Assembly (NCBI RefSeq): GCF_041886205.1
Contig: NZ_CP169029.1
Direction: 5' to 3' (one strand)
Source of the DNA: Escherichia coli
Lineage (GTDB): Bacteria; Pseudomonadota; Gammaproteobacteria; Enterobacterales; Enterobacteriaceae
Length of the DNA stretch: 64,000 bases
Part shown: in pieces, positions 41,547 to 51,432 of the stretch
Layout: every line of letters starts with the position of its first letter
How positions within the stretch are numbered: position 1 is the stretch's first letter
Position numbers and translations under genes: made by a program
The notes under the pieces: generated by a model
Databases searched by the model: none
The model's input: the letters and a program-made list of their open reading frames with translations, nothing else
What the model was told of the DNA's origin: nothing

Positions 41547-43592
41547 ATGACAACAATGAATCCTTTCCTTGTGCAAAGCACACTGCCGTATCTGGCTCCC
41601 CATTTTGATCAAATTGCCAATCATCACTATCGCCCGGCATTCGATGAGGGAATGCAGCAAAAGCGGGCAGAAATTGCTGCCATCGCGCTTAACCCGCAAA
41701 TGCCTGATTTCAACAATACTATTCTGGCACTGGAACAAAGCGGAGAATTACTTACCCGCGTTACCAGCGTCTTTTTTGCGATGACTGCGGCGCATACCAA
41801 TGATGAATTACAGCGTCTTGACGAGCAGTTTTCCGCTGAACTGGCGGAACTGGCTAATGATATCTATCTGAACGGTGAATTATTCGCGCGGGTAGATGCT
41901 GTCTGGCAGCGCCGTGAATCCCTGGGGCTTGATAGTGAATCCATCCGCCTGGTGGAGGTGATTCATCAACGTTTTGTCCTTGCCGGAGCCAAACTTGCGC
42001 AAGCTGATAAAGCAAAATTAAAAGTACTGAATACAGAAGCTGCGACCCTGACCAGCCAGTTTAACCAGCGATTACTGGCAGCAAATAAATCCGGCGGTCT
42101 GGTTGTGAACGATATCGCGCAGCTGGCAGGAATGAGTGAGCAAGAGATTGCGCTGGCGGCAGAGGCGGCTCGCGAGAAAGGTCTGGATAACAAATGGCTG
42201 ATTCCGCTGCTGAATACCACCCAACAACCGGCGCTTGCCGAAATGCGCGATCGTGCGACGCGTGAAAAACTGTTTATTGCGGGCTGGACGCGAGCGGAAA
42301 AAAATGATGCCAATGATACCCGCGCTATCATTCAACGTCTGGTGGAGATCCGTGCACAACAGGCAACACTACTTGGTTTTCCTCATTATGCCGCATGGAA
42401 AATCGCCGATCAGATGGCAAAAACACCCGAAGCAGCACTCAACTTTATGCGGGAAATTGTTCCAGCGGCGCGTCAACGTGCGAGCGATGAATTAGCCTCC
42501 ATACAGGCGGTTATCGATAAGCAGCAGGGCGGGTTTAGCGCGCAGCCGTGGGACTGGGCATTTTATGCCGAACAGGTCCGGCGGGAGAAATTTGATCTTG
42601 ATGAGGCGCAGCTCAAGCCATATTTTGAATTAAACACGGTGTTGAATGAAGGTGTATTCTGGACCGCGAATCAGCTCTTCGGTATTAAGTTTGTCGAACG
42701 TTTTGATATTCCTGTCTACCATCCTGACGTTCGAGTGTGGGAAATTTTTGATCATAATGGCGTGGGACTGGCGTTATTTTACGGTGATTTCTTCGCCCGT
42801 GATTCAAAAAGCGGCGGTGCATGGATGGGCAATTTTGTTGAGCAATCAACACTTAATGAAACGCGTCCGGTAATTTATAACGTCTGCAATTATCAGAAAC
42901 CCGCTGCCGGTGAGCCTGCGTTGTTACTCTGGGATGATGTCATAACCTTATTCCATGAATTTGGTCATACGCTGCACGGCCTCTTTGCCCGCCAGCGTTA
43001 TGCCACGCTTTCCGGCACCAACACGCCGCGTGATTTTGTCGAATTTCCGTCGCAAATCAACGAACACTGGGCAACGCATCCGCAGGTATTCGCTCGCTAC
43101 GCCCGGCATTATCAGAGCGGGGCAGCAATGCCTGACGAACTGCAACAGAAAATGCGTAATGCCAGCCTGTTCAACAAAGGGTATGAGATGAGCGAACTGC
43201 TTAGCGCCGCACTTCTCGATATGCGCTGGCATTGCCTGGAAGAAAACGAAGCAATGCAGGATGTCGATGATTTTGAATTGCGGGCGCTGGTGGCGGAAAA
43301 TATGGATCTTCCTGCTATACCGCCACGCTATCGCAGCAGTTATTTCGCCCATATTTTTGGTGGCGGATATGCCGCAGGTTATTACGCTTATCTGTGGACA
43401 CAAATGTTGGCCGATGATGGTTATCAGTGGTTTGTTGAGCAGGGCGGATTAACGCGTGAAAATGGGCTGCGTTTTCGCGAGGCGATCCTTTCCAGAGGTA
43501 ACAGCGAAGATCTGGAACGCCTGTATCGACAATGGCGCGGTAAGGCTCCTCAGATTATGCCGATGCTGCAACATCGTGGCTTGAACATATAA
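41547..43592 (+). CDS. dcp: dipeptidyl carboxypeptidase (M3-family Zn metallopeptidase)
   Basis: 681 aa from MTTMNPFLVQ...; HEFGH zinc-binding motif. Confidence 0.9.
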   Translation: MTTMNPFLVQSTLPYLAPHFDQIANHHYRPAFDEGMQQKRAEIAAIALNPQMPDFNNTILALEQSGELLTRVTSVFFAMTAAHTNDELQRLDEQFSAELAELANDIYLNGELFARVDAVWQRRESLGLDSESIRLVEVIHQRFVLAGAKLAQADKAKLKVLNTEAATLTSQFNQRLLAANKSGGLVVNDIAQLAGMSEQEIALAAEAAREKGLDNKWLIPLLNTTQQPALAEMRDRATREKLFIAGWTRAEKNDANDTRAIIQRLVEIRAQQATLLGFPHYAAWKIADQMAKTPEAALNFMREIVPAARQRASDELASIQAVIDKQQGGFSAQPWDWAFYAEQVRREKFDLDEAQLKPYFELNTVLNEGVFWTANQLFGIKFVERFDIPVYHPDVRVWEIFDHNGVGLALFYGDFFARDSKSGGAWMGNFVEQSTLNETRPVIYNVCNYQKPAAGEPALLLWDDVITLFHEFGHTLHGLFARQRYATLSGTNTPRDFVEFPSQINEHWATHPQVFARYARHYQSGAAMPDELQQKMRNASLFNKGYEMSELLSAALLDMRWHCLEENEAMQDVDDFELRALVAENMDLPAIPPRYRSSYFAHIFGGGYAAGYYAYLWTQMLADDGYQWFVEQGGLTRENGLRFREAILSRGNSEDLERLYRQWRGKAPQIMPMLQHRGLNI

Positions 43593-43636
43593 ACACCACC
43601 AATGGCTGTCCTGGAGATATCGCCAGGCCAGCCTGG

Positions 43637-44155
43637 TTATAGCAGTAATTGCAGCAGCTGGGCGAGGGCAAACCTCACCGCTAAAGCTAATACCGTTTCG
43701 CAGTCGCCAGCAAAATGCATAACCGCAGTATAGGTCTGGCCTTTAATATGCCACGCGAACCAGACGGTACCCGCTGGCGTACCATCTTCACCGCCCTCCG
43801 GTCCGCCGTAGCCGGTAATGGCAATACTGACATCAGCATCCGCACGCTCTATGGCACCGGTTGCCATTTCTGCTGCCACTTTCTCACTCACCGCAGAATA
43901 TCGTTCAAGAGATTGCTGGCTTACGCTGAGGATTTTCATCTTTGCCTGATCGGTGAAAGTAACAAAGCCTGCACCGTAAAATTTGGGTGTATCTTCAGCT
44001 GCACACAGGGCGCTAGCCAACTTACCGCCGGTGCATGATTCGGCGGTAGTTAAGCGTAATTGATCCGCGATTAGTCTTTGACTCAACGCGGATGTCAGGT
44101 TTTCAATAGTGTCGGTATCTGCAAGTTGTACAATTTTATCGCTATTAATGTTCAC
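43637..44155 (-). CDS. ydeJ: CinA C-terminal-domain (PncC-like) protein
   Basis: 172 aa with CinA-C type sequence. Confidence 0.8.
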   Translation of the reverse strand: MNINSDKIVQLADTDTIENLTSALSQRLIADQLRLTTAESCTGGKLASALCAAEDTPKFYGAGFVTFTDQAKMKILSVSQQSLERYSAVSEKVAAEMATGAIERADADVSIAITGYGGPEGGEDGTPAGTVWFAWHIKGQTYTAVMHFAGDCETVLALAVRFALAQLLQLLL

Positions 44156-44430
44156 TGTTTTTTGTCCACGCTTTTATATGTAAAGGTGATTTGCTTTTTC
44201 TGTATGCTCGTCCAATATAATAATTTTCAAACATATAAATCCGATTATTCTGAAAATATATTTAAGACTATTTGATCTTCTTAACTTTAGTGAGTTAAAT
44301 TCTCTGAATATTTGACAGCTAGTTGCCTGATTTTAAATGCCTTATAACAATTGGCAGTATTCTTATTTGGCAATTATAAAAATAGCAACCAGACTTAATA
44401 AGTCAAACCAAACGCAATTAAGGAGTCAGT

Positions 44431-44823
44431 ATGAAATTTCAGGCCATTGTATTAGCAAGTTTTCTTGTCATGCCTTATGCGTTGGCAGATGACCAGGGCG
44501 GTTTAAAACAGGATGCAGCGCCACCGCCGCCTCATGCAATAGAAGATGGCTATCGCGGAACCGATGATGCAAAAAAAATGACCGTTGATTTCGCAAATAC
44601 CATGCACGATGGCGCTTCGGTTTCACTACGCGGTAATTTGATTTCTCACAAAGGAGAGGACCGTTACGTTTTTCGCGATAAGAGCGGTGAAATTAATGTC
44701 GTTATTCCTGCGGCCGTCTTTGATGGACGAGAAGTTCAGCCGGACCAGATGATCAACATTAGCGGCAGTCTGGATAAGAAAAGCGCGCCGGCCGTCGTTC
44801 GGGTCACTCATTTGCAGAAATAA
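44431..44823 (+). CDS. ydeI: periplasmic OB-fold stress protein (YgiW/BOF family)
   Basis: 130 aa with signal peptide. Confidence 0.75.
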   Translation: MKFQAIVLASFLVMPYALADDQGGLKQDAAPPPPHAIEDGYRGTDDAKKMTVDFANTMHDGASVSLRGNLISHKGEDRYVFRDKSGEINVVIPAAVFDGREVQPDQMINISGSLDKKSAPAVVRVTHLQK

Positions 44824-45077
44824 AAATAAATTAGCCTGATGGCCTGAACTACTGGGCCATTAGGGTATTGGGTTATGCTATTTGTCATCCTTTTATTTAC
44901 GATAATGCAGAGGTAATTTACAGAATTAAACACTTTTTTATCCGCTGATTTTGTTTTAAATCACAATGTTATCTCAGAGATGACTCATAACTTCGGATTT
45001 CTATGAAAATATTGACGTAATTTTGCTTTTCTCTCGTTAGAATAGCGCGCACAAGGAACTGTGAAAAAGGAGTGGCA

Positions 45078-45968
45078 ATGATCAAGAAGACAACGGAAAT
45101 TGATGCCATCTTGTTAAATCTCAATAAGGCTATCGATGCCCACTACCAGTGGCTGGTGAGTATGTTTCACAGCGTGGTCGCGAGAGATGCCAGTAAGCCA
45201 GAAATAACGGATAACCATTCTTATGGACTGTGCCAGTTTGGTCGGTGGATTGATCATCTGGGGCCACTCGATAACGATGAATTACCTTACGTTCGGCTAA
45301 TGGATTCTGCCCATCAACATATGCATAACTGTGGTCGGGAATTAATGCTGGCTATTGTTGAAAATCACTGGCAGGACGCGCATTTCGACGCCTTTCAGGA
45401 GGGGTTGCTTTCTTTTACTGCGGCATTAACCGATTACAAAATTTATTTGCTGACGATCCGTAGCAATATGGATGTTTTGACGGGATTGCCGGGGCGTCGG
45501 GTTCTTGATGAATCCTTTGATCATCAGTTACGCAACGCTGAGCCTCTGAATCTTTATTTAATGTTGTTGGATATTGACCGATTTAAATTGGTTAATGATA
45601 CCTACGGGCATTTAATCGGCGATGTAGTATTACGCACCCTGGCAACTTACTTAGCCAGTTGGACGCGTGATTACGAAACGGTTTATCGCTACGGGGGCGA
45701 AGAATTTATCATTATTGTCAAAGCGGCTAATGATGAAGAAGCATGTCGTGCAGGTGTCAGAATTTGCCAGTTAGTCGATAACCATGCCATCACGCATTCT
45801 GAAGGGCATATCAACATTACCGTGACAGCAGGTGTCAGTCGCGCATTTCCTGAAGAGCCTCTGGATGTGGTCATTGGAAGAGCAGACCGGGCAATGTATG
45901 AGGGTAAGCAAACCGGAAGAAATCGCTGCATGTTTATTGATGAACAAAATGTGATTAACCGAGTTTAA
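45078..45968 (+). CDS. dgcZ: zinc-sensing diguanylate cyclase
   Basis: 296 aa; N-terminal zinc-binding domain; GGDEF domain with RYGGEEF; RBS AAGGAG. Confidence 0.85.
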   Translation: MIKKTTEIDAILLNLNKAIDAHYQWLVSMFHSVVARDASKPEITDNHSYGLCQFGRWIDHLGPLDNDELPYVRLMDSAHQHMHNCGRELMLAIVENHWQDAHFDAFQEGLLSFTAALTDYKIYLLTIRSNMDVLTGLPGRRVLDESFDHQLRNAEPLNLYLMLLDIDRFKLVNDTYGHLIGDVVLRTLATYLASWTRDYETVYRYGGEEFIIIVKAANDEEACRAGVRICQLVDNHAITHSEGHINITVTAGVSRAFPEEPLDVVIGRADRAMYEGKQTGRNRCMFIDEQNVINRV

Positions 45969-45978
45969 GCTCCGTTTA
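45962..45978 (+). promoter_or_regulatory. PhoP box-like direct repeat (AGTTTA-N5-CGTTTA)
   Basis: Two hexamers matching the (T/G)GTTTA consensus with 5-nt spacer, overlapping the dgcZ stop, about 30-40 bp upstream of the proposed mgrR start. Confidence 0.45.
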
Positions 45979-46007
45979 ACATTCATTGAGAAAACTGATG
46001 CTACTGT

Positions 46008-46111
46008 GTCAACGATCCGTTATCAGTGCAGGAAAATGCCTGTTAGCGTAAAAGCAAAACACAAATCTATCCATGCAAGCATTCACCGCCGGTTTACTGG
46101 CGGTTTTTTTT
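46008..46111 (+). ncRNA. mgrR: MgrR-like small RNA; 5' end approximate
   Basis: About 100-nt unit between the PhoP-like box and a strong terminator (stem GCCGG/CCGGC then T8 at 46085-46111); K-12 context recalled from memory. Confidence 0.5.
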
Positions 46112-46186
46112 CGCCGTCATAAAAATCAGGCCCCTTGTACACAACTGTAACAAGGGGCCGGTTAGGTGAGGGATTATCTCCGTTCA

Positions 46187-46282
46187 TTAGTCATCCCATT
46201 TGTGGCTGAAATACGCGGCCAGAAAACCAGAAAATAAAATTATTCCCAGTACGGCCATAAAAACATTCATATTACCCAGCAT
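46187..46282 (-). CDS. mgtS: small membrane protein MgtS (YneM), 31 aa
   Basis: Below the track's 60-aa cutoff; translation MLGNMNVFMAVLGIILFSGFLAAYFSHKWDD; followed on the minus strand by a hairpin terminator. Confidence 0.7.
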   Translation of the reverse strand: MLGNMNVFMAVLGIILFSGFLAAYFSHKWDD

Positions 46283-46408
46283 TATTTGCCTCCGTTTATG
46301 GTGTGGTGTGTTTCCTCGCTTACCTTAATTTTCATCTCAATGAGAAAGATATTAGCAGAGGTAACCTAAACGAAGGCTGAATTAAATTTTTATTGTGTTC
46401 GACTTAAA

Positions 46409-47596
46409 TCAACAAAGCGCGGGCTGCCCCCACGGTTTTGCACGAATCCCTTTTAACATCAGCACCCACGCAGCAATGATCACCAACGCTAAGATGATAA
46501 ACAGCGAGGAAGGCGGCAGGCTGGTTAGCACTACGCCACTCACTAATGGGTTAATTGCAGCACCAAGCCAGCCTAAAGACTGGGCGGAAAAATAGCTGGC
46601 TTTCATTCCTGGCGGCGCAATATGGTCAATCAACATATACTCGCCCGGCGCATAAATGATTTCACCGACAGTAAATACCGCAGCTGACATACCCCACAAT
46701 AGCAGGCTGTTGCCGGAAAAAATAAAACCAACCAGACCGATGACGAAACAGAGGGTGCCTGCTGTCATCAGCGCGCGGATGTTAACCGGGTTAAGGCGGC
46801 GGCCCACGGAATATTGCAACGTAACTACCATGGCAGCATTAACCGGAAGAACAACCGCGACCACCTTTTCGGCAAAATCCCCATCAGCAATCACCATCAC
46901 ATATTGTGAAATGCATGAAGCAAATGCGCCGCTAACAAAGGAAGCCAGAAAACCAGAGCAGGTAAACCACAACAGTGCTTTATCTTGTAATAAAACTTTC
47001 GGCGACCAGACACTGCCTGTTTCCGTGGCGATGATTTTCTCGCTGCGCTTTACCCAAATTTGAATGAAAAGCATGGGAAACGCGGAACAGATAGCTGCCA
47101 GCCAAAAGGGCAGATTGATGCTCTGCATCACCAACAGCGTGCCGAGCGGCGGACCGATGGTCCAGCCAATGTTTAGCATGGTGTAGTTGATTGAGAAGAT
47201 TTTCGTTTTGCTGGTGGACGAAAGATTGTCGGCAAACCAGGCTTTCAACACGGTAGCAAAAACGGAATAGGCGCAGTTAATAAGGGCAAAAAAGAGCACC
47301 ACCAGCGTCACGTTATTCACTAAAGGAATGGCAATAAAACCGCTGGCGAAGGCGGTAATTGCCAGTAACATATAGCGTTTCTTGTCGAACTTATCCGCCA
47401 GGATACCAAAACCGAGGCTAAAAACGACGCCAATAGTGAGCGCAATTGTCATCGCATAACCGATTAGATCGACACTCAGGCTGTACTGGCGACTCAAGTA
47501 AATGGTCATAAATGGCAGCGTAGCGCCGCGTCCGATGGTTAATAACAACGACGAGGCAAGAAGGGCGCTGGTAGAGCGTCGTAGGGATAAGTTCAT
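46409..47596 (-). CDS. ydeE: MFS transporter
   Basis: 395 aa, 12-TM MFS architecture. Confidence 0.8.
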   Translation of the reverse strand: MNLSLRRSTSALLASSLLLTIGRGATLPFMTIYLSRQYSLSVDLIGYAMTIALTIGVVFSLGFGILADKFDKKRYMLLAITAFASGFIAIPLVNNVTLVVLFFALINCAYSVFATVLKAWFADNLSSTSKTKIFSINYTMLNIGWTIGPPLGTLLVMQSINLPFWLAAICSAFPMLFIQIWVKRSEKIIATETGSVWSPKVLLQDKALLWFTCSGFLASFVSGAFASCISQYVMVIADGDFAEKVVAVVLPVNAAMVVTLQYSVGRRLNPVNIRALMTAGTLCFVIGLVGFIFSGNSLLLWGMSAAVFTVGEIIYAPGEYMLIDHIAPPGMKASYFSAQSLGWLGAAINPLVSGVVLTSLPPSSLFIILALVIIAAWVLMLKGIRAKPWGQPALC

Positions 47597-47790
47597 TTGT
47601 CTGTCCGGCAGTGCGTTTCGTTATGTTTTGTTTTAGAGATGTAAAGAAATAGCATGGCAAAAATCCGAAGTATAGCGACTTATTTGCGCATTAATGCCGT
47701 CGTAACCGGCGACTAACGAATCAACTGTTAAAGAAAAGTAAATTCAGCTAAGTTGATTGCTTACAAAAGATGAAATTCAGAGGCGGTAGA

Positions 47791-48690
47791 ATGTCGCGAA
47801 AAGATGGGGTGTTGGCGCTACTGGTAGTGGTCGTATGGGGGCTAAATTTTGTGGTCATCAAAGTGGGGCTTCATAACATGCCACCGCTGATGCTGGCCGG
47901 TTTGCGCTTTATGCTGGTCGCTTTTCCGGCTATCTTTTTTGTCGCACGACCGAAAGTACCACTGAATTTGCTGCTGGGGTATGGATTAACCATCAGTTTT
48001 GCGCAGTTTGCCTTTCTGTTCTGCGCCATTAATTTTGGTATGCCTGCTGGACTGGCTTCGCTGGTGTTACAGGCACAGGCGTTTTTTACTATCGTGCTTG
48101 GCGCGTTTACTTTCGGGGAGCGCCTGCATGGCAAACAATTGGCGGGGATCGCCTTAGCGATTTTTAGCGTACTGGTGTTAATCGAAGATAGTCTGAACGG
48201 TCAGCATGTGGCGATGCTCGGCTTTATGTTGACCCTGGCGGCAGCATTTAGTTGGGCGTGTGGCAACATCTTCAATAAAAAGATCATGTCGCACTCAACG
48301 CGTCCGGCGGTGATGTCGCTGGTAATCTGGAGCGCATTAATCCCAATCATTCCCTTCTTTGTTGCCTCGCTGATTCTCGATGGTTCCGCAACCATGATTC
48401 ACAGTCTGGTTACTATCGATATGACCACCATTTTGTCTCTGATGTATCTGGCGTTTGTGGCGACAATTGTTGGTTATGGGATCTGGGGAACACTACTTGG
48501 ACGCTATGAAACCTGGCGGGTTGCACCGTTATCGTTACTGGTGCCCGTAGTCGGACTGGCAAGTGCGGCACTATTGTTGGATGAACGCTTAACGGGTCTA
48601 CAATTTTTCGGTGCGGTGCTCATTATGACCGGGCTGTATATCAATGTATTTGGCTTGCGGTGGCGTAAAGCGGTAAAGGTGGGAAGTTAA
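47791..48690 (+). CDS. eamA: DMT-superfamily exporter (cysteine/O-acetylserine efflux)
   Basis: 299 aa from MSRKDGVLALLVVVVWGLNFVVIKVG...; duplicated EamA domains. Confidence 0.85.
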   Translation: MSRKDGVLALLVVVVWGLNFVVIKVGLHNMPPLMLAGLRFMLVAFPAIFFVARPKVPLNLLLGYGLTISFAQFAFLFCAINFGMPAGLASLVLQAQAFFTIVLGAFTFGERLHGKQLAGIALAIFSVLVLIEDSLNGQHVAMLGFMLTLAAAFSWACGNIFNKKIMSHSTRPAVMSLVIWSALIPIIPFFVASLILDGSATMIHSLVTIDMTTILSLMYLAFVATIVGYGIWGTLLGRYETWRVAPLSLLVPVVGLASAALLLDERLTGLQFFGAVLIMTGLYINVFGLRWRKAVKVGS

Positions 48691-48720
48691 TAAGCCCCGA
48701 GATGTCGGGGCCAGAACAAA

Positions 48721-48939
48721 CTACATAGCGTGTTGATTATAATAGGGCACGCCGAGCGCATCCGACTTATCACTGCCAGTACCCATGTGATTTAAATCAA
48801 ACGGTGGTTGTTCCTGCGATGGGGGAACAACCACGACATTGGCACAAGAAGTAACAACTGGCTGCGTGGTTTGTTCCGCAACGCCCTGCGCGGAAAAGAG
48901 AATAAGCGCAGCTGCTATTGCGGATAAAAGTGGTTTCAT
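48721..48939 (-). CDS. marB: multiple antibiotic resistance protein MarB
   Basis: 72 aa with signal peptide; directly after marA. Confidence 0.8.
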   Translation of the reverse strand: MKPLLSAIAAALILFSAQGVAEQTTQPVVTSCANVVVVPPSQEQPPFDLNHMGTGSDKSDALGVPYYNQHAM

Positions 48940-48970
48940 GATTGCCTCAGTGACGTTGTCACGTTATCAA

Positions 48971-49354
48971 CTAGCTGTTGTAATGATTTAATGGATGTAA
49001 AAAGCGCGATTCGCCCTGCATATTGGTCATCCGGTATTTATGCGGCGGAACATCAAAGTAATTTTTGAAGGTTCGGGTCAGAGTTTGTTGCGACTCGAAG
49101 CCATATCGTTCTGCCAGATAGAGTATCGGCTCGTTACTTTCCTTCAGCTTTTGCGCGATTTCCGTCATCTTACGGCTGCGGATGTATTGGCCTAATGAAT
49201 GACCGGTTTCTTTTTTAAACATCCGTTGCAGGTGCCATTTGGAGTAACCCGAACGCTCTGACACTTTCTCCAGTGACAGTGGCGATTCCAGGTTGTCCTC
49301 GATCCAGTCCAAAATGCTATGAATGGTAATAGCGTCAGTATTGCGTCTGGACAT
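48971..49354 (-). CDS. marA: AraC-family transcriptional activator MarA
   Basis: 127 aa from [31 protein letters not shown]...; the track extension overlaps marR. Confidence 0.9.
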
Positions 49355-49373
49355 CGTCATACCTCTTTTTTGT

Positions 49374-49808
49374 TTACGGCAGGACTTTCTTAAGCAAATG
49401 CTCAAGTGTTGCCACTTCGTCCGCCGTCAGGTTTTTTGTTAATTCTTGATGCAGGTCCTGGCCAACTAATTGATGGCATTGTTCGCATATTGCCGCGCCG
49501 CTGGTGGTAAGTTTTACCAGTACGCCGCGCTTATCATTCGGGTTCGGCAACCGTTCAACCCAGCCTTTACAGACCAGGCGATCCAGCATACGGGTCAGTG
49601 CTCCCAGGTCGACCGACAACACTTTTTTCAGTTCAACCGGAGTAATACACGCCGCGCAGCGGATAGAGCAGAGCACCTTAAACTGTGCCGCAGTAATATC
49701 CAGCGGAGACAGATACTCGTTAAGCAGACGATCTTTCTTCTGATTAACCATATGGATTAAGCGACCCAATGGAATAATTTCATTGAACAGATCGCTGGTA
49801 CTTTTCAC
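49374..49808 (-). CDS. marR: MarR repressor
   Basis: 144 aa, GTG start; winged-helix MarR sequence. Confidence 0.9.
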
Positions 49809-49810
49809 AT

Positions 49811-49906
49811 TAGTTGCCCTGGCAAGTAATTAGTTGCAGGGGATAATATTGCCCAGGCAAGTATAAGTCAAATGAATGAATGACCGATGCCACGTTTTGC
49901 TAAATC
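49811..49906 (-). promoter_or_regulatory. marO: two MarR operator palindromes, mar promoter and marbox
   Basis: TTGCCCTGGCAA at 49814-49825 and TTGCCCAGGCAA at 49849-49860; -35 TTGACT (rc) at 49866-49871; marbox GATTTAGCAAAACGTGGCATCGGTC (rc) at 49882-49906. Confidence 0.75.
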
Positions 49907-49985
49907 GGTTCAAGTTTTGGTCAATGCGATGCAAGGCAATGATACTAATCTGTATGGGAACGGAAAATATAATCTTTGCGTTATT

Positions 49986-50001
49986 ATAACTGATAAGTTA
50001 T
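49986..50001 (+). promoter_or_regulatory. perfect palindrome ATAACT-GATA-AGTTAT; candidate operator of the TA operon
   Basis: 6-bp inverted repeat with 4-bp spacer, 26 bp upstream of the toxin ATG, in an AT-rich promoter-like stretch. Confidence 0.4.
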
Positions 50002-50027
50002 ATTCAAGTATAAACAGGGGGGAAGCT

Positions 50028-50348
50028 ATGTATGAGCTACTATTTCACCCCGAAGCGGAAAGCGAAATTTATGACCTCGAACCTATTATGCAAGCAAAGG
50101 TACTTAAGGGACTAGAAAAGCTGGAAGCGAAAGGGCCGGAACTCCGCTATCCAGATACAGGCATTATCCAGGATGGTTTGTTTGAGTTGCGCGTAGGAAG
50201 AAAAGACATTTCAAGAACATTTTTTGCTTACGCTAAAGGTCGAAAGATCTATATTTTAAGAACGTTTATTAAGAAGACCCCTAAGACTCCGAAGGCCGAA
50301 ATTGCTCTGGCGACGTCAAGATGGGAGGAACTGAAAGATGGCTGTTAA
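50028..50348 (+). CDS. type II toxin, RelE/ParE superfamily (Gp49/HigB-like)
   Basis: 106 aa from MYELLFHPEAESEIYDL...; RBS GGGGGGAAG; overlaps the downstream XRE gene by 11 nt; the track start at 49887 lies in the marbox and is rejected. Confidence 0.65.
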   Translation: MYELLFHPEAESEIYDLEPIMQAKVLKGLEKLEAKGPELRYPDTGIIQDGLFELRVGRKDISRTFFAYAKGRKIYILRTFIKKTPKTPKAEIALATSRWEELKDGC

Positions 50349-50622
50349 AGGTATCAAGTTTTCTGAAGTCAAAGCAAAAGCACTTGCCAATCCTGACGTT
50401 AAAAAGGCTTACGATGAAGCCACGCAGGAAGAAGAACTCCGTGCAGTCCTCATTGAAATGAAGAAGAGAGCCGGATTAACCAGCACCGAGATTGCAGCTC
50501 GCATGGGAGTTAGCCAACCAGCTGTCAGCCGTCTTGAGAGGAATGTATCAAGTGCCAGCCTTACAACGTTACAACGTTATGCTGCAGCTTGTGGTATGCA
50601 CATTAAGTTGTCTCTTCAATAA
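50338..50622 (+). CDS. XRE-family HTH antitoxin (HigA-like)
   Basis: 94 aa; HTH LTSTEIAARMGVSQPAVSRLE; translationally coupled to the upstream toxin-like gene. Confidence 0.65.
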   Translation: MAVKGIKFSEVKAKALANPDVKKAYDEATQEEELRAVLIEMKKRAGLTSTEIAARMGVSQPAVSRLERNVSSASLTTLQRYAAACGMHIKLSLQ

Positions 50623-50653
50623 AATCGACACACTCGGATAGCTACCAGCCACA

Positions 50654-50690
50654 GGTCTGGAGTCGACTCTCAGCGAACCCAGACCTTTTC
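50654..50690 (+). terminator. hairpin terminator after the TA operon
   Basis: Stem GGTCTGG/CCAGACC with 18-nt loop followed by TTTT. Confidence 0.4.
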
Positions 50691-50742
50691 ATTTCGAACA
50701 ACACAATTGCCTTAATTGAGGCATACAGGATAACAACCACCA

Positions 50743-51408
50743 ATGTTAGATTTGTTTAAAGCAATTGGCCTGGGGCTGGTGGTGTTGCTGCCGTTAGCTA
50801 ACCCATTAACAACTGTCGCGCTATTTCTTGGTCTGGCAGGCAACATGAACAGTGCTGAACGTAATCGTCAGTCGTTGATGGCCTCGGTGTACGTATTTGC
50901 CATCATGATGGTGGCGTATTACGCCGGGCAACTGGTGATGGATACATTTGGCATTTCGATTCCCGGTCTGCGAATTGCAGGCGGCTTAATCGTCGCGTTT
51001 ATCGGTTTTCGGATGCTCTTTCCGCAACAGAAAGCGATTGATTCACCGGAGGCGAAAAGCAAGTCGGAAGAGCTGGAAGATGAACCCAGTGCCAATATTG
51101 CTTTTGTACCACTGGCAATGCCAAGTACCGCCGGTCCGGGAACCATTGCGATGATTATTAGCTCGGCGTCCACAGTGCGTCAGAGTTCAACCTTCGCTGA
51201 TTGGGTACTGATGGTTGCGCCGCCGCTGATCTTTTTCCTGGTGGCGGTTATTTTGTGGGGAAGTCTACGCAGCTCTGGCGCAATTATGCGGCTGGTGGGC
51301 AAGGGTGGCATTGAAGCGATCTCCCGCCTGATGGGGTTCCTGCTGGTATGTATGGGTGTGCAGTTTATTATTAACGGCATCCTGGAAATCATTAAAACGT
51401 ACCATTAA
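50743..51408 (+). CDS. marC: MarC-family inner-membrane protein
   Basis: 221 aa, six TM segments. Confidence 0.85.
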   Translation: MLDLFKAIGLGLVVLLPLANPLTTVALFLGLAGNMNSAERNRQSLMASVYVFAIMMVAYYAGQLVMDTFGISIPGLRIAGGLIVAFIGFRMLFPQQKAIDSPEAKSKSEELEDEPSANIAFVPLAMPSTAGPGTIAMIISSASTVRQSSTFADWVLMVAPPLIFFLVAVILWGSLRSSGAIMRLVGKGGIEAISRLMGFLLVCMGVQFIINGILEIIKTYH

Positions 51409-51430
51409 AAAAGGCCCGAATGGGCCTTTC
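51409..51430. terminator. bidirectional Rho-independent terminator between marC and sotB
   Basis: AAAA-AGGCCC-gaat-GGGCCT-TT between convergent genes. Confidence 0.55.
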
Positions 51431-51432
51431 AA

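Noticed and set aside
49887-50027. Track start of the toxin ORF at 49887 (153 aa)
   Set aside because: That ATG lies inside the marbox and mar promoter; the ATG at 50028 has a strong RBS and gives a toxin of typical size (106 aa).
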